From NCBI RefSeq assembly GCF_056746865.1, contig NZ_CM163382.1: a stretch of DNA of 64,000 bases. One strand, 5' to 3'. The translations under genes were made by a program, and so were the position numbers. How positions within the stretch are numbered: the first letter of the stretch is position 1; every line of letters begins with the position of its first letter. Shown here piece after piece: positions 35,432 to 45,795 of the stretch. Under the pieces are notes generated by a model, which was given only the letters and a program-made list of their open reading frames with translations, made no database searches and was not told where the DNA came from.

Positions 35432-35613
35432 AAATTTTACTGGCTGCGTTGACGTCATCTTTTATGCTGGTTGGCTGTACGCCTCGCATTGAAGTCGCTG
35501 CACCTAAGGAACCGATCACTATCAATATGAACGTTAAAATTGAGCATGAGATCATCATCAAGGCAGACAAAGATGTCGAAGAGCTGCTTGAGACTCGTAG
35601 CGATCTTTTCTGA
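35428..35613 (+). CDS. ynbE: Small lipoprotein YnbE, 61 aa
   Basis: lipobox MLVGC; translationally coupled to ydbH. Confidence 0.8.
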   Translation: MKILLAALTSSFMLVGCTPRIEVAAPKEPITINMNVKIEHEIIIKADKDVEELLETRSDLF

Positions 35614-35617
35614 GGCG

Positions 35618-35944
35618 ATGATGAAGAAAACATTACTTCTTTGTGCGTTTCTTGTTGGGCTGGTAAGCAGCAATGTAATGGCATTGACTCTGGATGAAGC
35701 CAGAACTCAGGGGCGGGTAGGTGAAACATTTTATGGTTATCTGGTTGCGCTGAAAACAGATGCTGAAACGCTGGAATTAGTAAAAGATATTAATGAAGCT
35801 CGTAATCTGAGTTACCAACAATTGGCAAAGCAAAATAATGTATCCACTGATGAGATAGCAAAATTGGCAGGGCAAAAAATGGTTGCTCGCGCGAAGCCGG
35901 GAGAATATGTGCAGGGGATTAATGGAAAATGGCTGCAAAAATAA
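35618..35944 (+). CDS. ydbL: Periplasmic protein YdbL (DUF1318), 108 aa
   Basis: ORF 35540..35944; start set to internal Met (MMKKTLLLCAFLVGLVSSNVMA signal peptide) for 108 aa. Confidence 0.8.
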   Translation: MMKKTLLLCAFLVGLVSSNVMALTLDEARTQGRVGETFYGYLVALKTDAETLELVKDINEARNLSYQQLAKQNNVSTDEIAKLAGQKMVARAKPGEYVQGINGKWLQK

Positions 35945-36369
35945 TTTCATATCCATATCCATATTCATTATGTTGCGCCATTTTGTGAATATTTAAGGGA
36001 AAATAAGTTCTGGACTAAGGCGATTTTTATTTGCATCTATTGAATTGTTATAAGTCCGATATAGGGGAGTGTCTATTTTATTTTTGATGGTTTTTTATGT
36101 GTAATTATAATTGTAAGAAATGTTATATTATTTAGTATTTACTGGGTGTATTGTTTTTTAATGCCTTAACCTCTTATTAAATATCATTTAAGTTGAATTG
36201 ACTTCAACGGATAGTATAAATTATTAGAACATCACATATTTTTGATTGGTTCTTTATTTATATTTCTTTCGTGAATATAAACACCAATCATGGTCTTGCG
36301 TTCCGTCAAAAAGGCCCGCTTTTATTTTTGTCGACTGGCGTGCAACGCTCTATTTCTAAGGAAATATAA

Positions 36370-39300
36370 ATGCAAAGGAAAAAATTGTTGTCTGTGTGTG
36401 TGGCGATGGCATTGAGCGGTCAGACATGGGCAACTGATACATCGATCCTGGATATAACTGATGACACCCGGAAATCCAGCAAGATCACATGTCCGGCGAA
36501 TATTCATTCTATTAGCAAAGAGCAGTTAGCTAAATTACCATCAGAATGTCGGGATTCTGATGACAGCGCCGTAATGAGCTGGACTGCAGCTGGCCTGGTT
36601 GCAGTCGTTACAGGAGCCGCGGTGATGGCGCTTAATGATGGTGATCATCATGACAGTTCAGAACCAGATGACGGTGGTGATACACCTGTTCCACCAGATG
36701 ACGGTGGTGATACACCTGTTCCACCAGATGACGGTGGTGATACACCTGTTCCTCCAGATGACGGTGGCGATACACCAGTTCCACCAGACGATGGTGGCGA
36801 TACACCAGTTCCACCAGACGACGGTGGTGATACACCTGTTCCTCCAGATGACGGTGGCGACGTCACTCCACCAAAAGAGCCCAAAATCTTCAATAACAGT
36901 GTCACATTCGACGAAGACAAAGGCACGCTGCAAATTCGCAATGCCACCTTTACCTACAGCAAAAACAGTGATGGAAGTTACACCCTGACGGCTGAAGATG
37001 GCCGAACCTCTATTGTGCAGGGCTGGGATGTCGACACCGATGCCAATACGGTAGAAATTACCGGCGTGAATAACCTTGGCGGTATGACGTGGTGTTACGG
37101 TAAAGACGGCATTATCTATATCACCAAAACCGTCGGCGCAACGGTGGATGACCCCGCGAACAGCAACGTATTTAACCTCAGCGATGCGGTGCTCACCGAC
37201 CAGGGCGGTAATGCCGCGCTGAATGGCGCGACGGTGATTGAAATAAACGGCAGCAGGATCGCCCTTAATAACGACGGTGATATTTCTGCTACGGGAAAAG
37301 ATTCTGTGGTTGTGGCGATAACCGGAAACGATATTACCGTTAACAATAACGGCCATATGGTTGTCGATGGCGGCACAGCGGGCGTGGTTAACGGCGATCG
37401 TGCAATCCTGAATAACCGCGGTGATGCAGTGATCACTAACGGCGGCACGGGTGTCATTGTGACGGGTGACAACGCGGTTATCAACAACATGGGGCAAAGC
37501 GATATTGATGGCGACAACTCGGTATCGGTAAAAGTTGCAGGAAACGCAACCAGAATCAGAATGGAAGGCGGGATCAATGTCAGCGGTGGCGCGCATGGCA
37601 TTGATGCCACCGGTGATAATAACGAAGTCAGCAACAAGGGCAACATTTCGGTGGTGGATGCGCATTCCACGGGCGTGCTGCTGAACGGCGATCGCGCGTC
37701 ATTCATTAATATGGGTGATATTAACGTTAGCGGAGGTGCAGCGGACGATCACTCTAATGGTGTGCAGATCAACGGCGATAACAGTACCTTTATCAACGTT
37801 GGAGATTTAAATGCCGACGACAGGGCGACCGGGGTGAAAATTAACGGTGACGCCAGCGACATTGCCCTGGCCGGGGCGATGCATGTCGGGGATTTTTCCA
37901 CCGGGCTGGAGGTGATGGGTAAAAACAATGATCTGTCGTTGTCCACCAATATGATGGATGTCACCGGGAAACAGTCCACCGGGGTGACCATTACAGGTGA
38001 TGATAATACCATTGATATCACCGGTGATATGGTCGTTGATCAAAACTCTGTCGGGGCGAAAATTGTCGGCGATCGCGTTTCGTTGCAACAGAAAGGTGAT
38101 ATTACCGTTAACGGTGCGGGGCACGGCGTTGAAGTCAGCGGTAGTAAGACGACAATCAATAATCAGGGCAAACTGACCGTAAAAGATCAAGACTCAATCG
38201 GTATCGTTATCACCGGAGATGACGCGCAATTTACTACCGTGGGTGAGATTGATGTCTCGCTGAACGGTACGGGTGTTGCGATCAGCGGCGATCGTGAACA
38301 AGTGAATTTGAGCGGTGATATAAATGTCATTCAGGAGCGTGACGGCAGCGGTACTTTCCAGGGCGGAACGGGCATCAGCATAATGAGCAACGACAGCAGT
38401 ATGCTGTTGACGGGAAACATTAATGTGACGTCCAGTATGGGGGACCAACCGTCCACCTCACCCCAGTCGTTAACCGGCGTTACCATCGAGGGGGAAAACA
38501 ATACTGTCGATCTGGAAGGCGACATCAATATTACTGTCGATTCGGATTACCTGGGGGATGAAAACAGTCTTTACGGCGTGGTTGTTTTGGGTACAAACAA
38601 CACCATCAATCTCGATGGTGGTATCAATATCTCTGGTGATAGTGGTGGACATACTATCAAAGGTGTGCAGGTAACAGGAAATAATACCGTCAATATAAGT
38701 GGTCATTCCGTAATGAATACCCGACAGATATTGGGATCCTTCTCTCTGATTTCGGTGGCTGATGGCGGGAATGTCATATTTGATGAAAACGCGATAACCG
38801 AGATTCAGAGTTCAGTGAGAGATAGTGACTATCTTTTTTTCGATGCATCGTTAATTGTTGCTACGGGAAACCAGTCTGTTATTCAGAACAACGGCATTAT
38901 TAATACAACCGATGCTCAAGAATTAATGATGGCGAATTCGGGGGCGCAAGTTGTCAATGCCGGGGTGATTAATATCAGGCCAGATGCTGAATCACACACT
39001 TTCTTTGCTGGAATGATGGCAAGAAGCGATGACTCGCAGGCAAAAAATGCCTCCGGAGGAACAATCAATCTGACATCCATTACCCGGCCTTTTAGCAGCG
39101 GAGGATTTAACGAGCGCCCGATCAAATGGTATCACAACACGGGTTATGCCTTGTTGGCCAGTAATTACGGATCGGTAATCAATGAAACAGGAGCAACCAT
39201 TAATTTGCATGGTGCAGGAACCTATGGTGTTTCCGCTTCAAAAGGAACGGCGACCAATGCGGGCGAGATAAATGTCGACGGCTTTGTTCCAATAGTAGAT

Positions 39301-42189
39301 GAAAACGGTAATATTATTGATGAAACTTACTGGCAGACCAATTCCGTATATCTGATGGGGGGCGGGATGTTGGCAGGTTCAACGGATACCGGCGACGGTG
39401 ATGCTAAAGCGGTGAATACCGGTATCATCAACGTTAAGAATGAAGGCTTCGGCATGCTGGCGATGAACGGTGGGACCGTTGTAAACCAAGGGACAATCAA
39501 TCTCACCGCCGATGAGGGCGTGACGAAGCAGCAAGATAACCAACTGTTCGCGATGGGAGCCATTCAGGGTGGTCTGGCGATTAATGACCAGGATGGGGTT
39601 ATTAATATTAACACTGATATTGGCCAGGCGTTTTATAAAGATGGCACCGGCACCATTCTCAACTATGGAAAAATTAATCTTTTCGGTAATCCAATGGATG
39701 AAAGTGATTCCCACATTGGCGTTACGCCGGATGACAAAGATATTCTCAGTGAGCTGTCTGGCAGCGGCGAGAGCATCAGTAAAACTACAACTAGCGACGG
39801 TTTTATCGCAGTTAATAACCTGGCAAACTATGGCGACGAAACGCTTAACGGCGACGTTATAGCAAATGGCTGGATATTCAACCAACCTGATGCCAGCCTA
39901 ACAATCAACGGCGAACTGAGCGTAAACCAGGGGTTGGAAAACAGTGGTCACCTGGATGTTGACAGCATTAACAGCAAAACCACGATATATAACCGTGAAA
40001 CAGGGAGCATAACAACCGATCTGCTGACGTTGAATGGCGCGGTTTCCTTCTTTAATGAAGGCGAATTTAATGGTTCAATTACCGGAGACAGCTACCAACA
40101 GAATGTGGTGAATACCGATGAAATGACGGTGACCGAAGATGGCCACTCACTCGTCAACGGAAGTTTCCTGTTCTTCAATGAGGCTGGCGCGACCCTGACA
40201 AATAGCGGTAATGCGGTAACGGGCGGGGAAAACGCGATTATTCATGTAACCAGAACCAGTGATTCTGTTTCGCAGGTTAACCGTGGCACCATCACGGCCA
40301 CAAATGGCTATAGCGCAATCAAAACTGAAAATACTGGCTCGAACAGTAACGGGAAATGGATTTGGAATACGGAAACAGGAGTGATAAATGGTATTAATCC
40401 TGCTGCACCGTTGGTTGATTTAGGACGAGGTTATAACTTTGCTAACGCTGGCGTTATTAATGTTCAGGGCGATAATGCAGTGGGCATCAGTGGCGGCACA
40501 ACCAGCTATGTTGTCCAGTTGGTGAACAGTGGCATCATTAATGTGGGTACTGAGCAGGGGCAACTGGATGGAACCAACGGCGAAGGTTTAATTGGTATTA
40601 AGGGCAATGGTCGGGAAACGACAATTAATAACACGCAAACGGGTGTGATTAATGTCTATGCCGATAACTCCTGGGCGTTTGGTGGGCAAACGAAAGCCAT
40701 CATTAACAACGGTGAAATTAATCTGCTGTGTGACACCGGATGCGATATTTATGCTCCAGGAACGACGGGGGCGCAAAACGATCACAACGGTACTGCGGAT
40801 ATTACCGTACCAGAGGCATCAACCACGCCGCCACAAGGTAATGTTCCAACGCCACCTGTCGATTCAAATGCACCGCAACTGCTGAGCAACTATACCATTG
40901 GTACCAACAGCGACGGGAGTTCGGGTACGCTCAGCGCGAATAACCTGGTTATTGGCGACAACGTGAGTGTTAACGCCGGGTTTAGTGCAGGAACTGCGGA
41001 CACCACCGTTGTCGTTAACGATGTATTCAAAGGCGAAAACATCAGCGGTGTGGATAACATCGTTTCCTCTACTGTTGTCTGGAACGCTAAAGGCAGCACC
41101 GATGCCAGCGGCAACGTTGACGTCACTATGAGCAAAAACGCTTATACCGATGTGGCGACCGATGCTTCGGTGAATGACGTCGCGAAAGCACTGGATGCGG
41201 GTTACACCAACAACGAGCTGTATACCAGCCTGAACGTCGGCACGACTGCCGAACTGAACAGTGCCCTGAAACAGGTCAGCGGTAGCCAGGCGACCACGGT
41301 ATTCCGCGAAGCGCGCGTGCTAAGCAACCGCTTTAGCATGCTGGCGGATGCCGCACCGAAAGTGGGTAACGGTCTGGCGTTCAACGTTGTTGCGAAAGGC
41401 GATCCGCGCGCGGAGCTGGGGAACAATACCGAGTACGACATGCTGGCATTGCGTAAAACCATCGACCTGAGCGAAAGCCAGACGATGAGTCTGGAGTACG
41501 GTATCGCGCGCCTCGATGGCGACGGTGCGCAGAAAGCGGGTGATAATGGCGTTACAGGCGGTTATAGCCAGTTCTTTGGCCTGAAACATCAGATGTCCTT
41601 CGACAACGGCATGAACTGGAATAACGCATTGCGTTATGACGTTCACAACCTTGACAGCAGCCGTTCGATTGCATTTAGCAACACAAACAAAACGGCTGAT
41701 ACCGACGTGAAGCAGCAGTACCTGGAGTTCCGCAGCGAAGGGGCGAAGACTTTCGAACCGAGCGAAGGACTGAAGGTTACGCCATATGCGGGTGTTAAAC
41801 TGCGTCACACACTGGAAGGTGGCTATCAAGAGCGCAATGCCGGAGACTTTAACCTGAATATGAACAGTGGCAGCGAAACGGCGGTGGACAGCATCGTCGG
41901 GTTGAAACTGGATTACGCAGGTAAAGACGGCTGGAGCGCTAGCGCTACGCTGGAAGGCGGGCCGAACCTGAGCTACGCGAAGAGCCAGCGTACGGCAAGC
42001 CTGGCAGGCGCAGGCAGTCAGCACTTTAATGTCGATGACGGTCAGAAGGGCGGCGGCATCAACAGCCTGGCAAGCGTCGGCGTGAAGTACAGCAGCAAAG
42101 AAAGTTCGCTGAATCTGGATGCTTACCACTGGAAAGAGGACGGCATCAGCGATAAAGGCGTGATGCTGAACTTCAAGAAAACGTTCTAA
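36370..42189 (+). CDS. ydbA: Large autotransporter (type Va) adhesin-like protein, 1939 aa, uninterrupted
   Basis: signal peptide, six full DDGGDTPVPP decapeptide repeats, long Gly/Asn/Thr-rich beta-helix-like passenger, C-terminal approx 280-aa beta-barrel ending ...VMLNFKKTF. Confidence 0.85.
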   Translation: MQRKKLLSVCVAMALSGQTWATDTSILDITDDTRKSSKITCPANIHSISKEQLAKLPSECRDSDDSAVMSWTAAGLVAVVTGAAVMALNDGDHHDSSEPDDGGDTPVPPDDGGDTPVPPDDGGDTPVPPDDGGDTPVPPDDGGDTPVPPDDGGDTPVPPDDGGDVTPPKEPKIFNNSVTFDEDKGTLQIRNATFTYSKNSDGSYTLTAEDGRTSIVQGWDVDTDANTVEITGVNNLGGMTWCYGKDGIIYITKTVGATVDDPANSNVFNLSDAVLTDQGGNAALNGATVIEINGSRIALNNDGDISATGKDSVVVAITGNDITVNNNGHMVVDGGTAGVVNGDRAILNNRGDAVITNGGTGVIVTGDNAVINNMGQSDIDGDNSVSVKVAGNATRIRMEGGINVSGGAHGIDATGDNNEVSNKGNISVVDAHSTGVLLNGDRASFINMGDINVSGGAADDHSNGVQINGDNSTFINVGDLNADDRATGVKINGDASDIALAGAMHVGDFSTGLEVMGKNNDLSLSTNMMDVTGKQSTGVTITGDDNTIDITGDMVVDQNSVGAKIVGDRVSLQQKGDITVNGAGHGVEVSGSKTTINNQGKLTVKDQDSIGIVITGDDAQFTTVGEIDVSLNGTGVAISGDREQVNLSGDINVIQERDGSGTFQGGTGISIMSNDSSMLLTGNINVTSSMGDQPSTSPQSLTGVTIEGENNTVDLEGDINITVDSDYLGDENSLYGVVVLGTNNTINLDGGINISGDSGGHTIKGVQVTGNNTVNISGHSVMNTRQILGSFSLISVADGGNVIFDENAITEIQSSVRDSDYLFFDASLIVATGNQSVIQNNGIINTTDAQELMMANSGAQVVNAGVINIRPDAESHTFFAGMMARSDDSQAKNASGGTINLTSITRPFSSGGFNERPIKWYHNTGYALLASNYGSVINETGATINLHGAGTYGVSASKGTATNAGEINVDGFVPIVDENGNIIDETYWQTNSVYLMGGGMLAGSTDTGDGDAKAVNTGIINVKNEGFGMLAMNGGTVVNQGTINLTADEGVTKQQDNQLFAMGAIQGGLAINDQDGVININTDIGQAFYKDGTGTILNYGKINLFGNPMDESDSHIGVTPDDKDILSELSGSGESISKTTTSDGFIAVNNLANYGDETLNGDVIANGWIFNQPDASLTINGELSVNQGLENSGHLDVDSINSKTTIYNRETGSITTDLLTLNGAVSFFNEGEFNGSITGDSYQQNVVNTDEMTVTEDGHSLVNGSFLFFNEAGATLTNSGNAVTGGENAIIHVTRTSDSVSQVNRGTITATNGYSAIKTENTGSNSNGKWIWNTETGVINGINPAAPLVDLGRGYNFANAGVINVQGDNAVGISGGTTSYVVQLVNSGIINVGTEQGQLDGTNGEGLIGIKGNGRETTINNTQTGVINVYADNSWAFGGQTKAIINNGEINLLCDTGCDIYAPGTTGAQNDHNGTADITVPEASTTPPQGNVPTPPVDSNAPQLLSNYTIGTNSDGSSGTLSANNLVIGDNVSVNAGFSAGTADTTVVVNDVFKGENISGVDNIVSSTVVWNAKGSTDASGNVDVTMSKNAYTDVATDASVNDVAKALDAGYTNNELYTSLNVGTTAELNSALKQVSGSQATTVFREARVLSNRFSMLADAAPKVGNGLAFNVVAKGDPRAELGNNTEYDMLALRKTIDLSESQTMSLEYGIARLDGDGAQKAGDNGVTGGYSQFFGLKHQMSFDNGMNWNNALRYDVHNLDSSRSIAFSNTNKTADTDVKQQYLEFRSEGAKTFEPSEGLKVTPYAGVKLRHTLEGGYQERNAGDFNLNMNSGSETAVDSIVGLKLDYAGKDGWSASATLEGGPNLSYAKSQRTASLAGAGSQHFNVDDGQKGGGINSLASVGVKYSSKESSLNLDAYHWKEDGISDKGVMLNFKKTF
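36667..36870 (+). repeat. In-frame 30-bp tandem repeat array inside ydbA (six full units plus a degenerate seventh)
   Basis: gatgacggtggtgatacacctgttccacca repeated with synonymous variation; encodes DDGGDTPVPP. Confidence 0.9.
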
Positions 42190-42208
42190 TTTTTAGCATG
42201 TGATACAC

Positions 42209-42242
42209 AAACCGCAATGCTGATACAGGTTGCGGTTTTTTA
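42209..42242 (+). terminator. Rho-independent terminator downstream of ydbA
   Basis: aaccgcaa-tgctgatacagg-ttgcggtt hairpin followed by TTTTTT. Confidence 0.7.
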
Positions 42243-42396
42243 TTGCCGGATGCGATGCTTTAGGCGTTTTGTTTTGGTGTCTTCAAGGATAACAGAGCAA
42301 CTCATCCAGTAATCTTGTTTACGCCTTCGCATTATTTATCTCTTTTCGTTTCTATACTGATTTTTCTTAATCCGTTTTATTACAGGGCAGGGTGCG

Positions 42397-43257
42397 ATGA
42401 GCAGCAATACATTTACTCTCGGTACAAAATCCGTTAACCGTCTTGGTTATGGCGCGATGCAACTGGCAGGTCCTGGGGTTTTTGGCCCCCCAAGAGATCG
42501 CCACGTCGCTATAACCGTGCTGCGTGAGGCGCTGGCATTGGGCGTCAATCACATTGATACCAGCGACTTTTATGGTCCGCACGTCACCAATCAGATTATC
42601 CGCGAAGCGCTTTATCCTTACTCTGACGACCTGACAATTGTCACTAAAATTGGTGCGCGGCGTGGAGAGGACGCATCCTGGTTGCCCGCATTTTCTCCGG
42701 CAGAGCTGCAAAAAGCGGTGCACGATAATCTACGTAATCTCGGGCTGGACGTACTGGATGTGGTTAACTTGCGCATTATGATGGGGGATGGTCATGGCCC
42801 AGCGGAAGGATCGATAGAAGCCAGCCTGACCGTGCTGGCAGAGATGCAACAACAAGGCCTGGTAAAACATATTGGCCTAAGCAACGTCACACCGACGCAG
42901 GTTGCAGAGGCGCGCAAGATTGTCGAAATCGTCTGTGTGCAGAACGAATACAACATTGCTCATCGTGCTGATGACGCAATGATTGAAGCTTTGGCTCGTG
43001 ACGGCATTGCCTACGTGCCGTTCTTTCCGCTCGGGGGCTTTACGCCGCTGCAATCTTCCACGCTTTCCGATGTTGCTGCGAGCCTGGGTGCAACACCAAT
43101 GCAGGTGGCGCTGGCGTGGCTGTTACAACGTTCACCGAATATTTTGCTGATCCCAGGGACGTCTTCTGTTGCGCATTTACGGGAGAATATGGCTGCTGAA
43201 AAATTGCATCTTTCTGAGGAAGTGTTGTCTACGTTGGATGGTATTTCGCGAGAATAA
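42397..43257 (+). CDS. ydbC: Aldo-keto reductase family oxidoreductase, 286 aa
   Basis: AKR fold motifs; synteny. Confidence 0.85.
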   Translation: MSSNTFTLGTKSVNRLGYGAMQLAGPGVFGPPRDRHVAITVLREALALGVNHIDTSDFYGPHVTNQIIREALYPYSDDLTIVTKIGARRGEDASWLPAFSPAELQKAVHDNLRNLGLDVLDVVNLRIMMGDGHGPAEGSIEASLTVLAEMQQQGLVKHIGLSNVTPTQVAEARKIVEIVCVQNEYNIAHRADDAMIEALARDGIAYVPFFPLGGFTPLQSSTLSDVAASLGATPMQVALAWLLQRSPNILLIPGTSSVAHLRENMAAEKLHLSEEVLSTLDGISRE

Positions 43258-43320
43258 CGAATATACAAAAGGGAAAGATGCATTTCCCTTTTGTTTCTTT
43301 TTTAATGGCATGGAGTGCAT

Positions 43321-45627
43321 ATGTTTAAGCCCAGGATTTGCAGCTGGATAGGTTTACTTCCCCTGTTTATGCTGAGTCTTCCAGTACAGGCGGAACTTCG
43401 ATGTGTTGCAAATGCAGTTGATATTGAACCATTTTTTTCTGCGGCTACCGCTGAAGATAAACAACAAGTTGAACAAGCTATCAACAGTAGCGTGAATCTT
43501 GTCCCCTTCGGTTTATCTGCATCGGACTGGAAAGTGCATCGTGGCGATTTAGTGGTAGAAGGTAATATAGAGAGTAATCAAAAATTGATTGTTCTTGGCA
43601 ATTTGACAGTCAAAGGTAATATTTCCACTTTCTCTCTTTCTAATCCATGGGTTATTCTCGGTAACGTGACGGCAACGAATATAGTTACGGATTCACCACT
43701 GTTAATTACCGGTTCGATAAATGCAAGTGGACTGGTATTTATCGACTCATATTACGATAATCCGTCTACGATTAAGGGGAGTATTAATGCGCGTGGGATA
43801 TTTATCAATGACATAATTGCACCTGTTGTTGCGTCTTCGACAAATAGTGAATTCATGGTCCGTGCGAGTGACAAAAATGACACTGAAAATGTCAAAAAAG
43901 CGCTGATGATAATAAATCCTGATGCATATTATTGGGGCCTAATAAATGATGAAGATGCTCTGAAAGAAATTTTTAAGCGAAGCAATATTCGCATGGCAGG
44001 GAATGTCTGTAATCTGATGAAAAAAGAAGCGCTGTTTCGCCCTAAGCCTTCTCCTGAGTTAGTGCAGGAATTACAAATGCTGGATGAAGGCAACGTTGCT
44101 GCATTTGAAGGACGAGACATTGCGACATTTGATCTTGCCATAATGCGAACTCTCCCAAGGCTTAAAGGAATTTCAGCTAACCTACGCAAACAACTTATTA
44201 ATAGCAATGATGAACAAACGATTGAAAGTATGGCGAGATATATGCCTGACAATGAGATTCTGGAGTTGACCGATCAGCAATTGGGTTACCAGCCTGTTGT
44301 TCTGGGGTTGCTCGACCGTGAACCGCTCTCTGTCGAAATAATGACGCGAATGAGTCATCTACCTGATGGTGTCGGTCCGTTGAATCTTGCGCTACGTGAA
44401 AATCTCCCTCTGGATATCGTCATGACTCTGGCGAAAAGAGATTGGGATATGATCATTCAGGAGCTTTATAAAGATGCGTGGTTATTGCCCGAATCCATTA
44501 TTGATGGCTATATCCGCAGTGATGATTCCTCTATTCGTCAGGTCGGTGCTGGAGGACAACTCAGCTACAATCAGGCAATGCAGTTGGCGAACGATTCATC
44601 AAACGATGTTGTCACAAGCTTAGCGTCAAAGCTGGCAGAGATGAAACACCATGGTCAATTGTTGCGGATGACGCCACAAGAGAGTGACAAAATAGCAGTA
44701 TATTTACACCAAAAATTCGAGAATGACGATGATCTAATACGTGTGTTATTTTTAGCATTGCCAGATAACTTACAGTTTAATTTTGTTAAAAAGATGGAGA
44801 AAAAATTTCCTGCCTATTTTTGCTGTGGGGATATGCAGGTAATTCACTCTGACGCTGCTTTACAACGGTTATTGACACGTTTCAACGATCCTGCGGGGTG
44901 GAGTAATCTGGCGAAAAATCAGTATCTGAGTACGGCGATGAAACAAAAAATTTGGCATCGCGCTTTATCGCATCGAAAAAATAATCCGAAAGCAGATTCT
45001 GCAGCATATGAAACCAGCGCTGATATGATTTTGTCTGAGCTGATTAGCCACGGTGAAGTTGATGACCAGATGCTATTAAATGCCACCTCTCTGATACGTT
45101 CGGAAGGCTGGGACTTTTTAGAGAGTGCATTAGTTAGTTGGGATAATTTACCCGCTGTTGTCCTCAAGGAATTACAGCAAAATATGCCACGCAATGATAT
45201 TTGGGCGAAGTTTTTTCTGAAGCAGGAAAACAGCTCTCGTGCGCAGGTTAACGAAGCGTTACGTGTTTATTATGCACTAGACCCCGATGCGTTAGCACAA
45301 CTGGATGTACTGGCAAAACAACCGGATCGTATATGGTGGAGTACGCTGGCGAAAAGCAATCTTACATTTTTCAAGTTCGGCGCACTTAACAATCGCCATA
45401 CACCGTCTGCGGCACTGGCGGCAGAAATTGATCCCGAGTGGTGGATTATGGCGATGAATAATCCCCGTTTTCCAGTTGATGTATTGAAGGCGAGGCTGAA
45501 ACGTGATCCTTTGCTGGCGTTAGAGCTTGTTAACCCTGAACTGGATTTAGTTCGGCAGCTGGCGCTTAACGGTAAGACGCGCGCAATACGGGAACAAGCG
45601 ATGAGAAAACTTGATGAGTTGCATTGA
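43321..45627 (+). CDS. ydbD: Uncharacterised secreted protein YdbD, 768 aa
   Basis: ORF 43315..45627; start set to internal Met for 768 aa; signal peptide ...LSLPVQA. Confidence 0.8.
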   Translation: MFKPRICSWIGLLPLFMLSLPVQAELRCVANAVDIEPFFSAATAEDKQQVEQAINSSVNLVPFGLSASDWKVHRGDLVVEGNIESNQKLIVLGNLTVKGNISTFSLSNPWVILGNVTATNIVTDSPLLITGSINASGLVFIDSYYDNPSTIKGSINARGIFINDIIAPVVASSTNSEFMVRASDKNDTENVKKALMIINPDAYYWGLINDEDALKEIFKRSNIRMAGNVCNLMKKEALFRPKPSPELVQELQMLDEGNVAAFEGRDIATFDLAIMRTLPRLKGISANLRKQLINSNDEQTIESMARYMPDNEILELTDQQLGYQPVVLGLLDREPLSVEIMTRMSHLPDGVGPLNLALRENLPLDIVMTLAKRDWDMIIQELYKDAWLLPESIIDGYIRSDDSSIRQVGAGGQLSYNQAMQLANDSSNDVVTSLASKLAEMKHHGQLLRMTPQESDKIAVYLHQKFENDDDLIRVLFLALPDNLQFNFVKKMEKKFPAYFCCGDMQVIHSDAALQRLLTRFNDPAGWSNLAKNQYLSTAMKQKIWHRALSHRKNNPKADSAAYETSADMILSELISHGEVDDQMLLNATSLIRSEGWDFLESALVSWDNLPAVVLKELQQNMPRNDIWAKFFLKQENSSRAQVNEALRVYYALDPDALAQLDVLAKQPDRIWWSTLAKSNLTFFKFGALNNRHTPSAALAAEIDPEWWIMAMNNPRFPVDVLKARLKRDPLLALELVNPELDLVRQLALNGKTRAIREQAMRKLDELH

Positions 45628-45795
45628 ATAACAGCGTTATATTTTTAACTATTTGATTAATTGGGGATAATCATTCCTGACAGTGAGCCCCAGTACCTTG
45701 ATATATTCTGATTTTTTAATGAAGCGGCGTGTTGCGATATCTCTGCCAGGGCAATTGATGCACCATAGCGCAAACCGTATTATCAAGGATTGATA

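Noticed and set aside
36667-36870. Possible CRISPR-like regular repeats
   Set aside because: Units are contiguous 30-bp direct repeats without spacers, lie inside an open reading frame and encode a decapeptide repeat; not a CRISPR array.
36632-37706. Several ORFs (67-335 aa) on both strands across the ydbA repeat region, including proline/glycine-rich frames
   Set aside because: They are alternative-frame or antisense readings of the ydbA tandem repeat and Gly/Asn-rich passenger region; the in-frame 1939-aa autotransporter explains the sequence.
42243-42275. REP-like fragment (ttgccggatgcgatgc...) downstream of the ydbA terminator
   Set aside because: Only half of the REP consensus is recognisable; too weak to call as a repeat feature.
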